Shown: positions 29,101-38,253, counted from the first letter of the stretch. The stretch: 45,119 nt of DNA from Candidatus Uhrbacteria bacterium CG_4_9_14_3_um_filter_50_9 (GCA_002791295.1 PFWU01000049.1:231-45349), one strand, 5' to 3'. Notes: generated by a model from the letters alone, not told the origin. A program made the numbers and translations.

Positions 29101-32100
29101 ACTCGATGAGTGTCCATCCGAGTGTGTTGGGTATACGACCTACAAGCAGGAAGCCACCAGTTACGATGACGAAGAATTTCCACTCTACTTTATTGCAGAC
29201 CAGGCAGCAGGCTGCTCTGAGCAATATGTTGGGTGTGATGCATTTACCAACCTAGGTCTTGTCACAGAAGGAGGGGAGAGTGTTGAGTACTACACGGAGC
29301 TTCGTGCATGTTTAACAGAAGACATGGCAGACGATTCTGATTCTGCAAAGACTCCGGCCGTTTTTTATACCTGGGAAGGTTCAGATAATGCGGGATACCA
29401 GCTGCAGACCTGGTACTTGCTTGAGTCGAATTTGAGTAGCAGTTCAACGATTACCTATACCCAAGATGAGGATGGAGATGGCACGCTTGATGTTGATCCA
29501 GACACCTCTGCTGACGTGGCGCCATGTGTTGAATGGCAAGTGAGCAGTGAAGATACTGTTGTTTGTGCAGATGATTCTGCAACCGTGAGTACACTTGAAG
29601 CAGATGACGATTGTAACGAGCACGATGACATTTTTAATAATCCAGATTGCCGTGAGTTCTTCGACGGAGAAGGAACTGTTCATTACCGTCTCTATTCTGA
29701 AACGATTAGTGTTGACGATGCCTGTACGGCGTATAGAAAAGACGAATCTTCCGAAGATGATTGTGATGCTTCTGGTGGATACTGGACTGCACAGGGATTC
29801 TGTCGTTATTACTCGTTGCCAAGTTTGGCAACCGAGTGTCCAGAGGAGCAGGCAGGATGCCGACTCTACACCGGTGGGACGGGTCGCAACGCCACAACAC
29901 TTTTGAGTGAAAACTTTGAAGGGGGAACTTATGGTGACTTCGAGTCTCTCACGGTCTCAGCCACTCCAGGACTTTCAATCAGTAACGAGTCTGTGGCCAC
30001 AGAGGGGCACTCATTGCGTATCACATCCTCTGCGGGGTACGGCGGGTTTGCAACATTACATGAATATTTGAATGGTTCTGACAACACAGATGCCTTTGAT
30101 GCAGATAATGCAGCAGCAACCTGTACCAGTTACTCGGCTCGTTATTTGAGTGACAGTGATGGTGCCTGTTTAGTGGATTTGGATGGCGACTTAGAAGGAG
30201 ACGCAGCATGCACCATTGAAGATGGAGAGTGGAGCTGTGGAACCGTGGTGGACACCCTGACCGCCGGCAAAACATTTGTGGTCGAGTTCTGGGCTAAGGG
30301 TTCAGCGGACATGCTCGTCGCCCTTGTCGAGGATGGGGGAACTTCCGCTGTCTACCACGATTTTGTAGATCCGGATAACACCTCTACAAGCTATACAGAT
30401 CTTGAACCAATTGAACTTACGGGTTCTTGGGAGGTGTATTCCGTTGGACCGCTCGACACATCAGCTCTAACAGACGTCGATCAAGACGCTGTCCTCACGT
30501 TCCTCCTAGACGGAGCAACGTCAGGTGGTGATGAAGAGATGTTTATCGATAACATTACCTTCAAGCAAGTCGAAGAGAATATTGCCATTATTAAAGACTC
30601 ATGGGTGGTTCCATCCACCTGTGACACCTCTCCAGCTGGTGTTGAATCAAATCAGTACTACCTAGGATGTGAGGCTTACGAGGACCAGAAGGGGAATGAT
30701 GTTGACTTGTATCAGTTCTCAAGCCTCTGTGAAGAAGAAGTGGTTGGTTGTGAAGCGTTCTACAATACCTACAACTCCGACTCTGAATACCAAGAGGTGT
30801 CCAACGCGCGTTGTGTCTATGATACGGATGGAGATCTGAGTGATGGAGAGACCATTCCTTCGAACAGAACCTGTGAGGTGGACGGTGTTGAATACTGCAC
30901 CATTACTTCTGGTCGAAGTTATTGTACGTTTGACGCCGAAATGACGTTTGAAGATCCACTCCCAATCGATTCCAGTACGGGATTTGGAATCGTTTATGGT
31001 CCTGAAACGGTCATCGTGCAGGGTGATCAGCCGGTGTATATTGTGGCGGATGATGCCTATGCCTGTTCTTCTTCGGTGATGGGCTGTGAGGAAGTTGGTG
31101 TTCCAACGTTTAATCAGGATCAGAGTGAAGTTGAAAGTTTTGAATCAACGTACCTCATCAATCTCCCATCGGATTACGAAAATATTTTGTGTTCGAATGA
31201 AGAGTTGTTTTGTGAAGAGTGGAGCTCATCAGATGGAAGCAACTGGTACTTCAAGGATCCATACGACAAGACCTGTGAGTATAAAACCTCCGTCACGATC
31301 GATAGTCAGACCTACTATGGTTGGTTTAGAACGGATACGAGTGAACCATGTTACTTCGACGACACAGACGACGACGAGGAATGGGATTCAGGGAGTGAAA
31401 ATGCCTACTTAATCTCGGGTGAGGAGCTTGGGATTTGGAATAATGGCGATGATGACTACGAAGCCTGGATCGCTACCTGTCCAACGCAGTACGATTTTTG
31501 TACCGAATTTATTGATGTGGTGGATACTGGTGGGGGACTCAATGAGGACGGTCAGTCCTACTATGTCACTAATGACGAATTGCTTGACGAGGAAACACTG
31601 ACAGACACACAGCGCTGCAACGGGCTTGTGAGCCAAAAATTTGGTTGTGCACTCCTGAACAACACCACCGATTCAGATCTGAACTACAACGCAAGTGCAA
31701 GTTATGTGACGTCCACTCATGCCGATGTCTTCTATAACCAAGATCCAAACGATCTCGTTGATCCAATTGATTGTAATTTGGACGAGGGTGGGGTTTTCGA
31801 GATTTCAGCTTCAGACGCTTCAGACGCCGGCATTGCAGCGAACGCTGATGGAAATTACGAAGTAAACCTTTGCGCACGACGCTGCTCATACACGCTTGAT
31901 AGCACAGATGACTCGCTCACGACGGATCTATCTGATCGGTCAGGATCGTTGCGATGGCTTGAACGTTCATGTTTGGTGGATTCAGATTGTCCGGATCTCA
32001 CCACAGCCCTTGGGGAGGATGAAAAGGGAACCTGTCGGAATGTGGATGATCTTATCTATGCTTTAAGTTATGGGGATGCGGAGGATTATTATCTCGGTAA

Positions 32101-35100
32101 CGACTCCAACGAAATTCTAAAGGTTAACCGCGACCGCACCTGTGCCGCTTGGTTGGCTTGCGAGAGCTCAAAAACAAGCTGGAACGCACAGACAAATGCG
32201 TACGACACGATCTGTGATTCGATTGACCTGTGTGTTGAAGGACAGATTCGTGGAAGTAGTGTGCAGTGTACGAATTGGGAAACAGAAGACCCTGATATTT
32301 TGACGGTTTTTGACTACTCAGCACGTGACGTGAATTGGACCGGAATTGAGTATTCTGGATACTCGATTCCAAACCAGCTGCCTGTTGAGTATTACGATCA
32401 GTTTGATTTGAACCCAACAAAGGTCTGTGTGGATTCTGATGGTGATGCGTACACAAACGATGCCGGGTATGAATATGCCTGCAACGATGCTACCGATTGT
32501 CCAAATTCAACCACAACATGTACAAGTAATTCTACTTGTTCACTAAGTGGACTGTGTAATATTGATGCGGGTGTCTGTTATGAGACGTGTGCAGATGACT
32601 ATGGTTCAGATTATCGGTTGGTTTACAATGCGGGCCCATGTGATTCAGCAGAAGACGGTGGAGTGGGTCAAGGTGGTTCGTGTACGATTGGCTATTGTGC
32701 AAGCTCGCCCGCAGACGTGTGTTCTTCCAACAGTGATTGTGTCGATGAAGACTGCGTGATTGGTTACTGTCAAGCAGAGGGGGTAAGCGGCTATACAGAT
32801 GATAGTAATCCAAGTTGTTCGACAGATGATGATTGTAGTGGTGTCGTTGATTCAGATGGAGGAGCCACATCCGTTTGTGACCCCATTCAATCCATTTGTG
32901 TTGATGTACTCACGAGTGACGAAACAAACCGTGTAGGGTGTTCTGATTTAGATGACCCAACAGAGTGTTCTGGGGCACAGGAATGTATTACATCTGACAC
33001 CACAGCTGTTGGATCCTGTTTTAACAATCGCTGTCTCACAGACGTTGTTGATTCAGATGGAGATCATTTTGCAGATGCCATCGACAGAAGTCAGTTAGGC
33101 GTGGAAGAGTGCCGTGGATATCCAGAGACCGACTCCCCATTCCCTTACAAGGTTGTTGAACAGTGGAATAAAAAAACTGATTCAAATGACGATGGCATTC
33201 CAGATTCTTCCTCTATTACACTTGCCTCAAGTGAAGATGGGGTGGAGCCATGGTCCACTCCTTACAATTACGTTTCTGGTTATCAGGATGCGATCGTTTG
33301 TGCTCCAGATGAAGATGGGGTCGTGAATGATGATTGTTTGTGTAGTTACGATAAAGTTGAATACGGAGAAGGGACGAAACACCTTTATTACGAAGCCGGA
33401 ACGATTGCGAATGATCCAATTGTTGAAGGATTCTGTGCTTCCGGAGATAAAGCGGGTTGGCCTTGCTCAGAGGATAGTGATTGTGACGGATCTGGATCAG
33501 CATCCAGTACCTGTGAGAGTGCCACAAGTATTCAGACGCTTTACGGTTGGCAGGGATACTGTATTGAACGAGATACCTCGATTCAACTCAACGGAAGTTC
33601 CCAAGATCAGGATCAGGCCTGCCTCACATGGCTCCCGGTTGACCAGCTTTCTGGGGCCACAGACCTTTATGGAAAGTACACAGAAGCAGGTTACCCACTA
33701 CAAAATACCTACTTCTGTACGGAGGTCGCTCAGTACTTTGACCTGTATCCAACAGGAGCAAAGTTAGATAGTGATGGTGTGGTGGATGATATAGAGTGGG
33801 CCTGCGCAGATTCTGGGTTTGCTGGTGGGGCTTGTGATGGATGGGAAGAAGGTAAGGGAGATCCTTATGGAAAAGATGATATCTGTATTGATAATGCTCT
33901 GTGTCCTGATCAGTATTTTGCGATTCTTGGTCATTGCGACAACACCATCTCTGATGCGATCGGTGGAGAGGATAATTGGAAGGATGCAGATGGTGAAGAT
34001 CATGCAGATGCGTTGTGTCAGGATAATGTGATTGATGATTACTTAGCTGAACACGGAGCTTCGGACGACTGTCCTTACATGTGCATCCATCGAGACAGTG
34101 TTCATCTCCAAGGTCCTGATGCTGGGGAATCGTGTTTGGATTCAATTAAAGATAATTCAGGTGATTACACATATCGAGGGGAGAACACACTTGGACAGTC
34201 CGTCTACTCCGCTGGTTGGCTTAACTATGGTCCAGATGATTATGAGAGTGATGAGAGTTTTTTAAGAGACTGTGTCACCCGTGGAGTGAGTGAGTGGTAT
34301 GACGGGACATGGCCGATTGGGAGTTCGGATAAGTATATTGCGAGTGATGGACTAGTTGCTGATTTGGCACAGTTTTCTCACATGGCGTGGGGCCCAATGG
34401 ATAATTTCGGATTTGGAAAGTGCAGTTCATCATCAAAACTCTGCACGTCCGATGATGACTGTACTTATTCATCATTTTATGGGAATTACTGTGCTGATTT
34501 TGATATCGATAGTGATCATGATGGTATTGTTGATATTCCAGCTCTTACTTGTATGAATGATCCATCGGTCAGCTGTACGGCGGCTACAGAGACTATTGAC
34601 TGTTCCGGTACAACATACACAGGCACCTGTGTGGAAACAACCATGTACGCTCAAGCAGAGAGCTTTGAGGGGTATGGAAGCATGATGCCGTACTTGGCTT
34701 GTGCTCAGATTGTGCAAGCTTCATCAGCAGACCCGGATGATTCAAACAAGGCTTGGACCAATCGTTTGTGGGAAAGTTACTCAGATCTCTACACAGGCGG
34801 AAACAGAAGTGATTTCGCAGACGGTTCAGGGGATATTTATCCATTTGATTATGCGGTGACAGACTCACCATTAGAACTCGGTCGTGCGTTGTTTGAGGAG
34901 GTGTATGAAGAGTCTGGGGAGGGGTACATGATTATGTCAGAGCTTTCAAATGATAGCTTCCCACTCCCAACACGTTCATGTAATACCTCCAACAATGCCG
35001 CCTTTGATGATAGTGGTGATGTGGCTTGGTCTGTTGGAATCGCGACAACTCCAGACGATTATTGTGATGCCTCGTACTCGTGGTGGGAGTATCCGATGAT

Positions 35101-36295
35101 GAAGCAATGGCAATGGCTTCCTCCAAGTTCAGATTATGATGCTGACGGACCGGAGAGTTTTCTTCCAGTGGAGGCGAATGGTGACTACGCCGTTCTCTCA
35201 CTGCCGTTTGAGGATCTTGATTCAGAAGATGTTTTTGCCAGCGATCAAGTAGAAGATCCGATTGATGGTTTTGGTAACAGCACTTCATTGGATTACAAGA
35301 GTATTTCAGAATTCTTGAGTCAGTACTTTGCAGAGATCTTTGCTGTTTGGGAGTACGATGATGATAATACAGCGTATGATGACTGGGATTCTGCTGAATC
35401 AGGGGATCAAGGGGGTGCGTATGTGCTTGTTAATTCAGACCATGCATTTGACATCAGCTCTGGTGAGGATTCAGGAAGCTTAAAAGAAATTGATAACTTT
35501 GGGTCTGGAGCAAACAAATTCCCTAATGATGATGAACGAGCACCGGTGATTATCTCTGTGGGGGAGTGTGTTGGTACGCAATGTTATGAAGATGAAGAAG
35601 GGGCGTTCAGTGTGGGTGAAGTAGATAGTGGAACGCTTGTTGGTGAAGGAGAAAAGCGTGTGGACGTGAGCTTCTTTGTCAAAGGCGCTCCAAACCAATT
35701 GCCATTGAAGAAAATCATTGTTGATTGGGGTGATGCGTATACCTACACAAACAGTGGTCCAGATTGGCCAACAGATTCTCAAAGTGGTTCAACCGCCTCA
35801 AATAACTTCTATAAGAATCACCGTGGATTGGATGCGGGTGGAACAGAAAATTGTACAAAATCTGAAAAGTGGGGTGAGACGTCTGACTCATGTAGCTCAA
35901 GCTATGTGCTCTTCACTCACAATTACGTTTGTACAGCTGCCTATGTGAACTCACTCGTAGACAAGGGACGGGAGTGTGACGTAGGTGAGGATGGAAATCT
36001 CCTTATCTCGCCATGTACAGGAAACGCATCAGGTACCAGCGATAACATTTCCGGCGCTGACGGAGCCTGCGTCTACCAACCAAGAGTCCACGCAGTAGAC
36101 AACTGGGGGTGGTGTACGGGAACATGCAATTCGAATTCAGAGGATGATTCGGATGCGTGTTATGGAAGTGAGTGTAACGTAGATGCATGCCCAAGCGGGG
36201 GGTATGCAGGGTATGCGTGTATTGAACAGAATTTTACAGGAACAACAAGTGATCCTTGGGTGTACTTTGACGGATATATCGTCGTGAGTCCGTAA
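26141..36295 (+). CDS. Giant (~3384 aa) secreted Cys/Asp-rich surface protein with carbohydrate-binding-module-like domains
   Basis: Signal peptide (FVVTLFLLVFCLSLG...AQA); helical N-region; repeated C-x5-GC units; two CBM-like beta-sandwiches (NPSFED...PDNW...FDAVQLE; ENFEGG...FIDNITF); DxDxDG loops; C-x2-(D/N)-x-DC repeats; PKD-like IIVDWGD C-terminus. Start moved to ATG 26141. Confidence 0.9.
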   Translation: MQVTPKTKRFVVTLFLLVFCLSLGSVFLSDVPQAQAAFASPGQFGSTMDYATARQEVSAGAAEGACPTGGPITTTCPATGLRLVLHTIGEKIISPQFRLVLLQALLNVSQFVLDRLAYEAAVSIASGGPGETSLFYDKSPAEAFGQLGLDVAGETLGQLNDITNGYLGIGFNLCAPSPLINWAVSIGIKQRYQPDKPSCDILEVGKNWNNYISNTYQTISDPDTRNTAIKKKFAESLAPGANELSASLRLNVAVDQQIHEKKMTNFFERTEKEYLDVINFITGNVETPSETLQAEFTKTTLDADGKATRDANLQAAIQNADLLGGLAVSTASTFVNTLLSTLLNRIYTGLFAIDTPDIDLNDYEGSSGGDRGAAEDRFASLLTSSPIATGSIDLLSNFVVCTAGGGNNRGLNNCVMDSNFLAAVSRGNSGAPLTVQEAINEGLLNGDWPLISPEDRSSNQDAFCYTYGYCYGNIVKLRKARVLPIGWELAALRNDPSNPDSLQEIIDGFDDCTDLGTVGSASSDNDDNRWCHLIDPNWVLKYPETQCRATVNAEIRVSSLVNGRLGECVDAPSCIGEDNDGNCTDGYGYCVQERNVWRFRGEECPEQYTTCLALENTTTGDSDGYLVSTVDYSVCDGDNAGCLWYRTNKYYSDGGTEDDESDDTYEWLPDGVDYMTAERDSVNRYQNSAGDTSSRASFGEYASKDDVDDATAAEVYSYEDRLYVTHAVSECDSSDAGCTQLYEIDEDTILNVVKNPSFEDDDDGDAVPDNWQIVSGSTYDYDTSGDAYYGDAALEVDGTWFGQYVGLAPSNFYTLSAYVRADDASESSGNISIFLYDEDGDPVNLSGTSVGGDCDGTFSSTGSYIVTLDPADTSTLPTGEWTRVECTFTTNTEVTQGLVNVTSGGVLRFDAVQLEVGENTNAFTTGYLTVPTAAYYKIAPDYLGCTGASTDPDACDSYSQMCSAQNVGCSLYTPEDGDPSVPAIISELDECPSECVGYTTYKQEATSYDDEEFPLYFIADQAAGCSEQYVGCDAFTNLGLVTEGGESVEYYTELRACLTEDMADDSDSAKTPAVFYTWEGSDNAGYQLQTWYLLESNLSSSSTITYTQDEDGDGTLDVDPDTSADVAPCVEWQVSSEDTVVCADDSATVSTLEADDDCNEHDDIFNNPDCREFFDGEGTVHYRLYSETISVDDACTAYRKDESSEDDCDASGGYWTAQGFCRYYSLPSLATECPEEQAGCRLYTGGTGRNATTLLSENFEGGTYGDFESLTVSATPGLSISNESVATEGHSLRITSSAGYGGFATLHEYLNGSDNTDAFDADNAAATCTSYSARYLSDSDGACLVDLDGDLEGDAACTIEDGEWSCGTVVDTLTAGKTFVVEFWAKGSADMLVALVEDGGTSAVYHDFVDPDNTSTSYTDLEPIELTGSWEVYSVGPLDTSALTDVDQDAVLTFLLDGATSGGDEEMFIDNITFKQVEENIAIIKDSWVVPSTCDTSPAGVESNQYYLGCEAYEDQKGNDVDLYQFSSLCEEEVVGCEAFYNTYNSDSEYQEVSNARCVYDTDGDLSDGETIPSNRTCEVDGVEYCTITSGRSYCTFDAEMTFEDPLPIDSSTGFGIVYGPETVIVQGDQPVYIVADDAYACSSSVMGCEEVGVPTFNQDQSEVESFESTYLINLPSDYENILCSNEELFCEEWSSSDGSNWYFKDPYDKTCEYKTSVTIDSQTYYGWFRTDTSEPCYFDDTDDDEEWDSGSENAYLISGEELGIWNNGDDDYEAWIATCPTQYDFCTEFIDVVDTGGGLNEDGQSYYVTNDELLDEETLTDTQRCNGLVSQKFGCALLNNTTDSDLNYNASASYVTSTHADVFYNQDPNDLVDPIDCNLDEGGVFEISASDASDAGIAANADGNYEVNLCARRCSYTLDSTDDSLTTDLSDRSGSLRWLERSCLVDSDCPDLTTALGEDEKGTCRNVDDLIYALSYGDAEDYYLGNDSNEILKVNRDRTCAAWLACESSKTSWNAQTNAYDTICDSIDLCVEGQIRGSSVQCTNWETEDPDILTVFDYSARDVNWTGIEYSGYSIPNQLPVEYYDQFDLNPTKVCVDSDGDAYTNDAGYEYACNDATDCPNSTTTCTSNSTCSLSGLCNIDAGVCYETCADDYGSDYRLVYNAGPCDSAEDGGVGQGGSCTIGYCASSPADVCSSNSDCVDEDCVIGYCQAEGVSGYTDDSNPSCSTDDDCSGVVDSDGGATSVCDPIQSICVDVLTSDETNRVGCSDLDDPTECSGAQECITSDTTAVGSCFNNRCLTDVVDSDGDHFADAIDRSQLGVEECRGYPETDSPFPYKVVEQWNKKTDSNDDGIPDSSSITLASSEDGVEPWSTPYNYVSGYQDAIVCAPDEDGVVNDDCLCSYDKVEYGEGTKHLYYEAGTIANDPIVEGFCASGDKAGWPCSEDSDCDGSGSASSTCESATSIQTLYGWQGYCIERDTSIQLNGSSQDQDQACLTWLPVDQLSGATDLYGKYTEAGYPLQNTYFCTEVAQYFDLYPTGAKLDSDGVVDDIEWACADSGFAGGACDGWEEGKGDPYGKDDICIDNALCPDQYFAILGHCDNTISDAIGGEDNWKDADGEDHADALCQDNVIDDYLAEHGASDDCPYMCIHRDSVHLQGPDAGESCLDSIKDNSGDYTYRGENTLGQSVYSAGWLNYGPDDYESDESFLRDCVTRGVSEWYDGTWPIGSSDKYIASDGLVADLAQFSHMAWGPMDNFGFGKCSSSSKLCTSDDDCTYSSFYGNYCADFDIDSDHDGIVDIPALTCMNDPSVSCTAATETIDCSGTTYTGTCVETTMYAQAESFEGYGSMMPYLACAQIVQASSADPDDSNKAWTNRLWESYSDLYTGGNRSDFADGSGDIYPFDYAVTDSPLELGRALFEEVYEESGEGYMIMSELSNDSFPLPTRSCNTSNNAAFDDSGDVAWSVGIATTPDDYCDASYSWWEYPMMKQWQWLPPSSDYDADGPESFLPVEANGDYAVLSLPFEDLDSEDVFASDQVEDPIDGFGNSTSLDYKSISEFLSQYFAEIFAVWEYDDDNTAYDDWDSAESGDQGGAYVLVNSDHAFDISSGEDSGSLKEIDNFGSGANKFPNDDERAPVIISVGECVGTQCYEDEEGAFSVGEVDSGTLVGEGEKRVDVSFFVKGAPNQLPLKKIIVDWGDAYTYTNSGPDWPTDSQSGSTASNNFYKNHRGLDAGGTENCTKSEKWGETSDSCSSSYVLFTHNYVCTAAYVNSLVDKGRECDVGEDGNLLISPCTGNASGTSDNISGADGACVYQPRVHAVDNWGWCTGTCNSNSEDDSDACYGSECNVDACPSGGYAGYACIEQNFTGTTSDPWVYFDGYIVVSP

Positions 36296-36333
36296 CAACA
36301 AAACGAGGCCAAGTGGCCTCGTTTTGTTGTTAC
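36292..36333 (+). terminator. Terminator of the giant-protein operon
   Basis: Perfect 19-bp arms GTAACAACAAAACGAGGCC-aagt-GGCCTCGTTTTGTTGTTAC overlapping the stop codon. Confidence 0.85.
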
Positions 36334-36387
36334 AAGTACTTTCTTCTTGAGATGCATGCCACGGATCAAACATAAATCTTGTGTAAC

Positions 36388-36429
36388 AATTGAAAAACCG
36401 GCAGAGGATTCCGAGGAATCATGCCGGTC
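36388..36429 (-). terminator. Terminator of the 222-aa lipoprotein gene
   Basis: Minus strand ACCGGCA-tGATTCC-tc-GGAATC-ctc-TGCCGGT-TTTTCAATT. Confidence 0.7.
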
Positions 36430-36449
36430 GTTGCGACTGTACTGGTGCA

Positions 36450-37118
36450 TCAGTCGCGGTGGAAAAGGAACTCGTCGACTTCGCCACTGGTGGCATTGAG
36501 CTTGGTCATCGAGAAGGTTTCTTCATCGATGATCGTACCGCTCCACCAACTACCAGAGTCAGTCGAGCCGTAGAAGTCGTAGTCACTCATCGTGGCGTCC
36601 GAGCCACCCGCGACGTTCTCGATCGTGATCGTGTCACCGATCGTGATCGTGATCTCCGCTTCACGACCCCAGATCTCGTCCGTGTACGAGCCCTCAAGCG
36701 GAGGGAAGCCGTACTCGCCGGGCACCCACTCGTCGCAGGGACCAGTGGCGTCCCAGTCGGGGTCGCTGGCGCAGCCGCCTTCGGCCCACTCGACGGAGAA
36801 CTCGCCGGTGGTCTGGACTTCGACAGTCTTGGGCACGAAGGTGTACGTGTCCCAGGCCTCGACATCGTACGTGCCGGCTTCGTCCACCAGGTAGGTGCAC
36901 GAGGTGCCGGCGCAGGTGGCGTCGATTCCGTCGACGGTCACTTCCACCCCTTCGAAGGGGGTGGTGGCCACGATGGTGGCTTCGAAGTCGTTGACTCCGG
37001 TGTCGTCGCCGGTGTCCACCGTTTCGTTCCCGTTGTTGTCGTTCGGATCGCCGCACCCCACCGCGAAGGCGAGGGGCAGCGCGATCAGGGCCAGGAGGCC
37101 GTAGTTGGTCGCGTTCAT
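36450..37118 (-). CDS. Acidic lipoprotein, hypothetical (222 aa)
   Basis: Signal with lipobox AVGC; PEGA-like GVEVTVDG...GTYDVEA segment; very GC-rich codons; AGGGG SD. Confidence 0.85.
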   Translation of the reverse strand: MNATNYGLLALIALPLAFAVGCGDPNDNNGNETVDTGDDTGVNDFEATIVATTPFEGVEVTVDGIDATCAGTSCTYLVDEAGTYDVEAWDTYTFVPKTVEVQTTGEFSVEWAEGGCASDPDWDATGPCDEWVPGEYGFPPLEGSYTDEIWGREAEITITIGDTITIENVAGGSDATMSDYDFYGSTDSGSWWSGTIIDEETFSMTKLNATSGEVDEFLFHRD

Positions 37119-37293
37119 GGGTTTCCCCTTTCTGCCCCGCGGGGGTGCGTGACCCAGACAATTCTAGGACAACGACCTTTTGCGGGATTGTTGAAGGATC
37201 CCGCTAGATGCGGGAGGGCGGTGATTAGCCGCAGCCATTGGTGGGGGACACGTGTCACCTATCAGTGGCTACGACTAAGACGCTCAAAAACCC

Positions 37294-37349
37294 TTACTAA
37301 AGAACAGTGTATCTAAATACAGTAGGCCATATTTAAGGGGTTTTGTCAA
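37294..37349 (-). promoter_or_regulatory. Promoter and boxA-like motif for the 222-aa lipoprotein
   Basis: Minus strand TTGACA (37344-37349), a weak or long-spaced -10 (TACTGT at 19 nt), then CTGTTCTTTAGTAA (37294-37307) and a ~180-nt hairpin-rich leader. Confidence 0.5.
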
Positions 37350-37549
37350 TAGGCAAAGGGTTCAAAGAGGTTATATTGTAGGAAAAAGTGTGTGGATTGT
37401 GGATAACACACCCATGAATCACGCAATGTTTATCGCTCATGTCATCAACATACAGAAATAATGCTAAGCCATCACGATAAGTAAAGTTCCATATATAAAA
37501 GCTTCTTAACCAGACAAAACAACACTCCTTCAAATAAAACTCCTCTAAA

Positions 37550-37577
37550 CAAACTTGTAGCGATCGCTACAAGTTTG
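37550..37577. repeat. 28-bp perfect palindrome, copy 1 (just past the stop of the PaaX/Cas2-like gene)
   Basis: CAAACTTGTAGCGA|TCGCTACAAGTTTG. Confidence 0.95.
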
Positions 37578-37578
37578 A

Positions 37579-38103
37579 TTAACAAATGGTTTGAGCTAGC
37601 AATACTGACGCCCACTTCTCGATACCTAATAGTTTGATGAGTTGGTGGATTTCTGACGTGACGTTACTCTTTGTCGTCCATACACTCAGCTGTTTTTGTT
37701 CAAATCCCGAAGATTTCAAAAAGCGCCTAAAGGTTGTTCTGGCTGACTTTGCCGCCTCTGGAAAGTCAAAAATTATGACCGTTTCATAACCACCAGGCAG
37801 TTGTTGTGTGTTGGTTCTGACTTTGTGCTTCACCCCTTCAATAATTGCGTCTTTGCTTAGCAGATAAATGACTTGCTCACCCTCTTGATGATTTTGCACC
37901 CACCCTTTATGTTGCATCTGTTTTAACGCTCGAGCCTCCTTGTTTTTTCTAAAAATTGCATCCCATTCCTCTGAGCTCATACCTCCTCTCATCTCTCGTC
38001 TGAATGCATAAGGATTACTCGCCCAATCAAAAAGCATTCCACCACCATCAAGCAATGATCCCATCACCTCTCCAACAATTGATTTTTTCTTTTTATCTGG
38101 CAT
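37579..38103 (-). CDS. PaaX-like protein (winged-helix wing plus Cas2-like ferredoxin-fold domain)
   Basis: ARALKQMQHKGWV......VIYLLS, followed by VIIFDFPE..KSAR..FRRFLKSSGFEQKQLSVW. Confidence 0.82.
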   Translation of the reverse strand: MPDKKKKSIVGEVMGSLLDGGGMLFDWASNPYAFRREMRGGMSSEEWDAIFRKNKEARALKQMQHKGWVQNHQEGEQVIYLLSKDAIIEGVKHKVRTNTQQLPGGYETVIIFDFPEAAKSARTTFRRFLKSSGFEQKQLSVWTTKSNVTSEIHQLIKLLGIEKWASVLLAQTIC

Positions 38104-38107
38104 AGGA

Positions 38108-38130
38108 CAAACATGTAGCGATCACTACAA
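38108..38130. repeat. Palindrome copy 2 (4 nt upstream of the ATG of the PaaX/Cas2-like gene)
   Basis: CAAACATGTAGCGATCACTACAA, 21/23 identical to copy 1. Confidence 0.9.
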
Positions 38131-38202
38131 ATAGTGGCTGAGTAATGTTCACTCCCAGCAAAAGAAAAGCCCTCCAGCAAGGAATGTGGAGGGTATAATT
38201 AA

Positions 38203-38230
38203 AAGATACAGACGCAACAGAGATTGTCAA
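38203..38230 (-). promoter_or_regulatory. Promoter of the PaaX/Cas2-like gene
   Basis: Minus strand TTGACA-16 nt-TATCTT, followed by a terminator-like hairpin (38159-38193). Confidence 0.55.
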
Positions 38231-38253
38231 TACTTGTCGCGATCGACAAGTAT
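38230..38253. repeat. Palindrome copy 3 (abutting the -35 box)
   Basis: ATACTTGTCG-cgat-CGACAAGTAT; shares ACTTGT.GCGATCG and ACAAGT with copy 1. Confidence 0.75.

Noticed and set aside
37140-37156. c-di-GMP-I riboswitch-like GGTCACGCAC in the lipoprotein leader
   Set aside because: The conserved GGCAAA...GAAA...GACGCAAAG core is absent.
36390-37316. 308-aa + strand ORF
   Set aside because: Antisense shadow of the GC-rich lipoprotein 36450-37118, which has the SD, lipobox and terminator.
37340-37560. Replication origin
   Set aside because: Only one perfect DnaA box here, and no dnaA/dnaN or recognisable DUE repeats nearby.
37550-38253. CRISPR-Cas locus (Cas2-like gene plus palindromic repeats)
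   Set aside because: Only three irregularly spaced copies, no repeat-spacer periodicity and no cas1 or effector genes.
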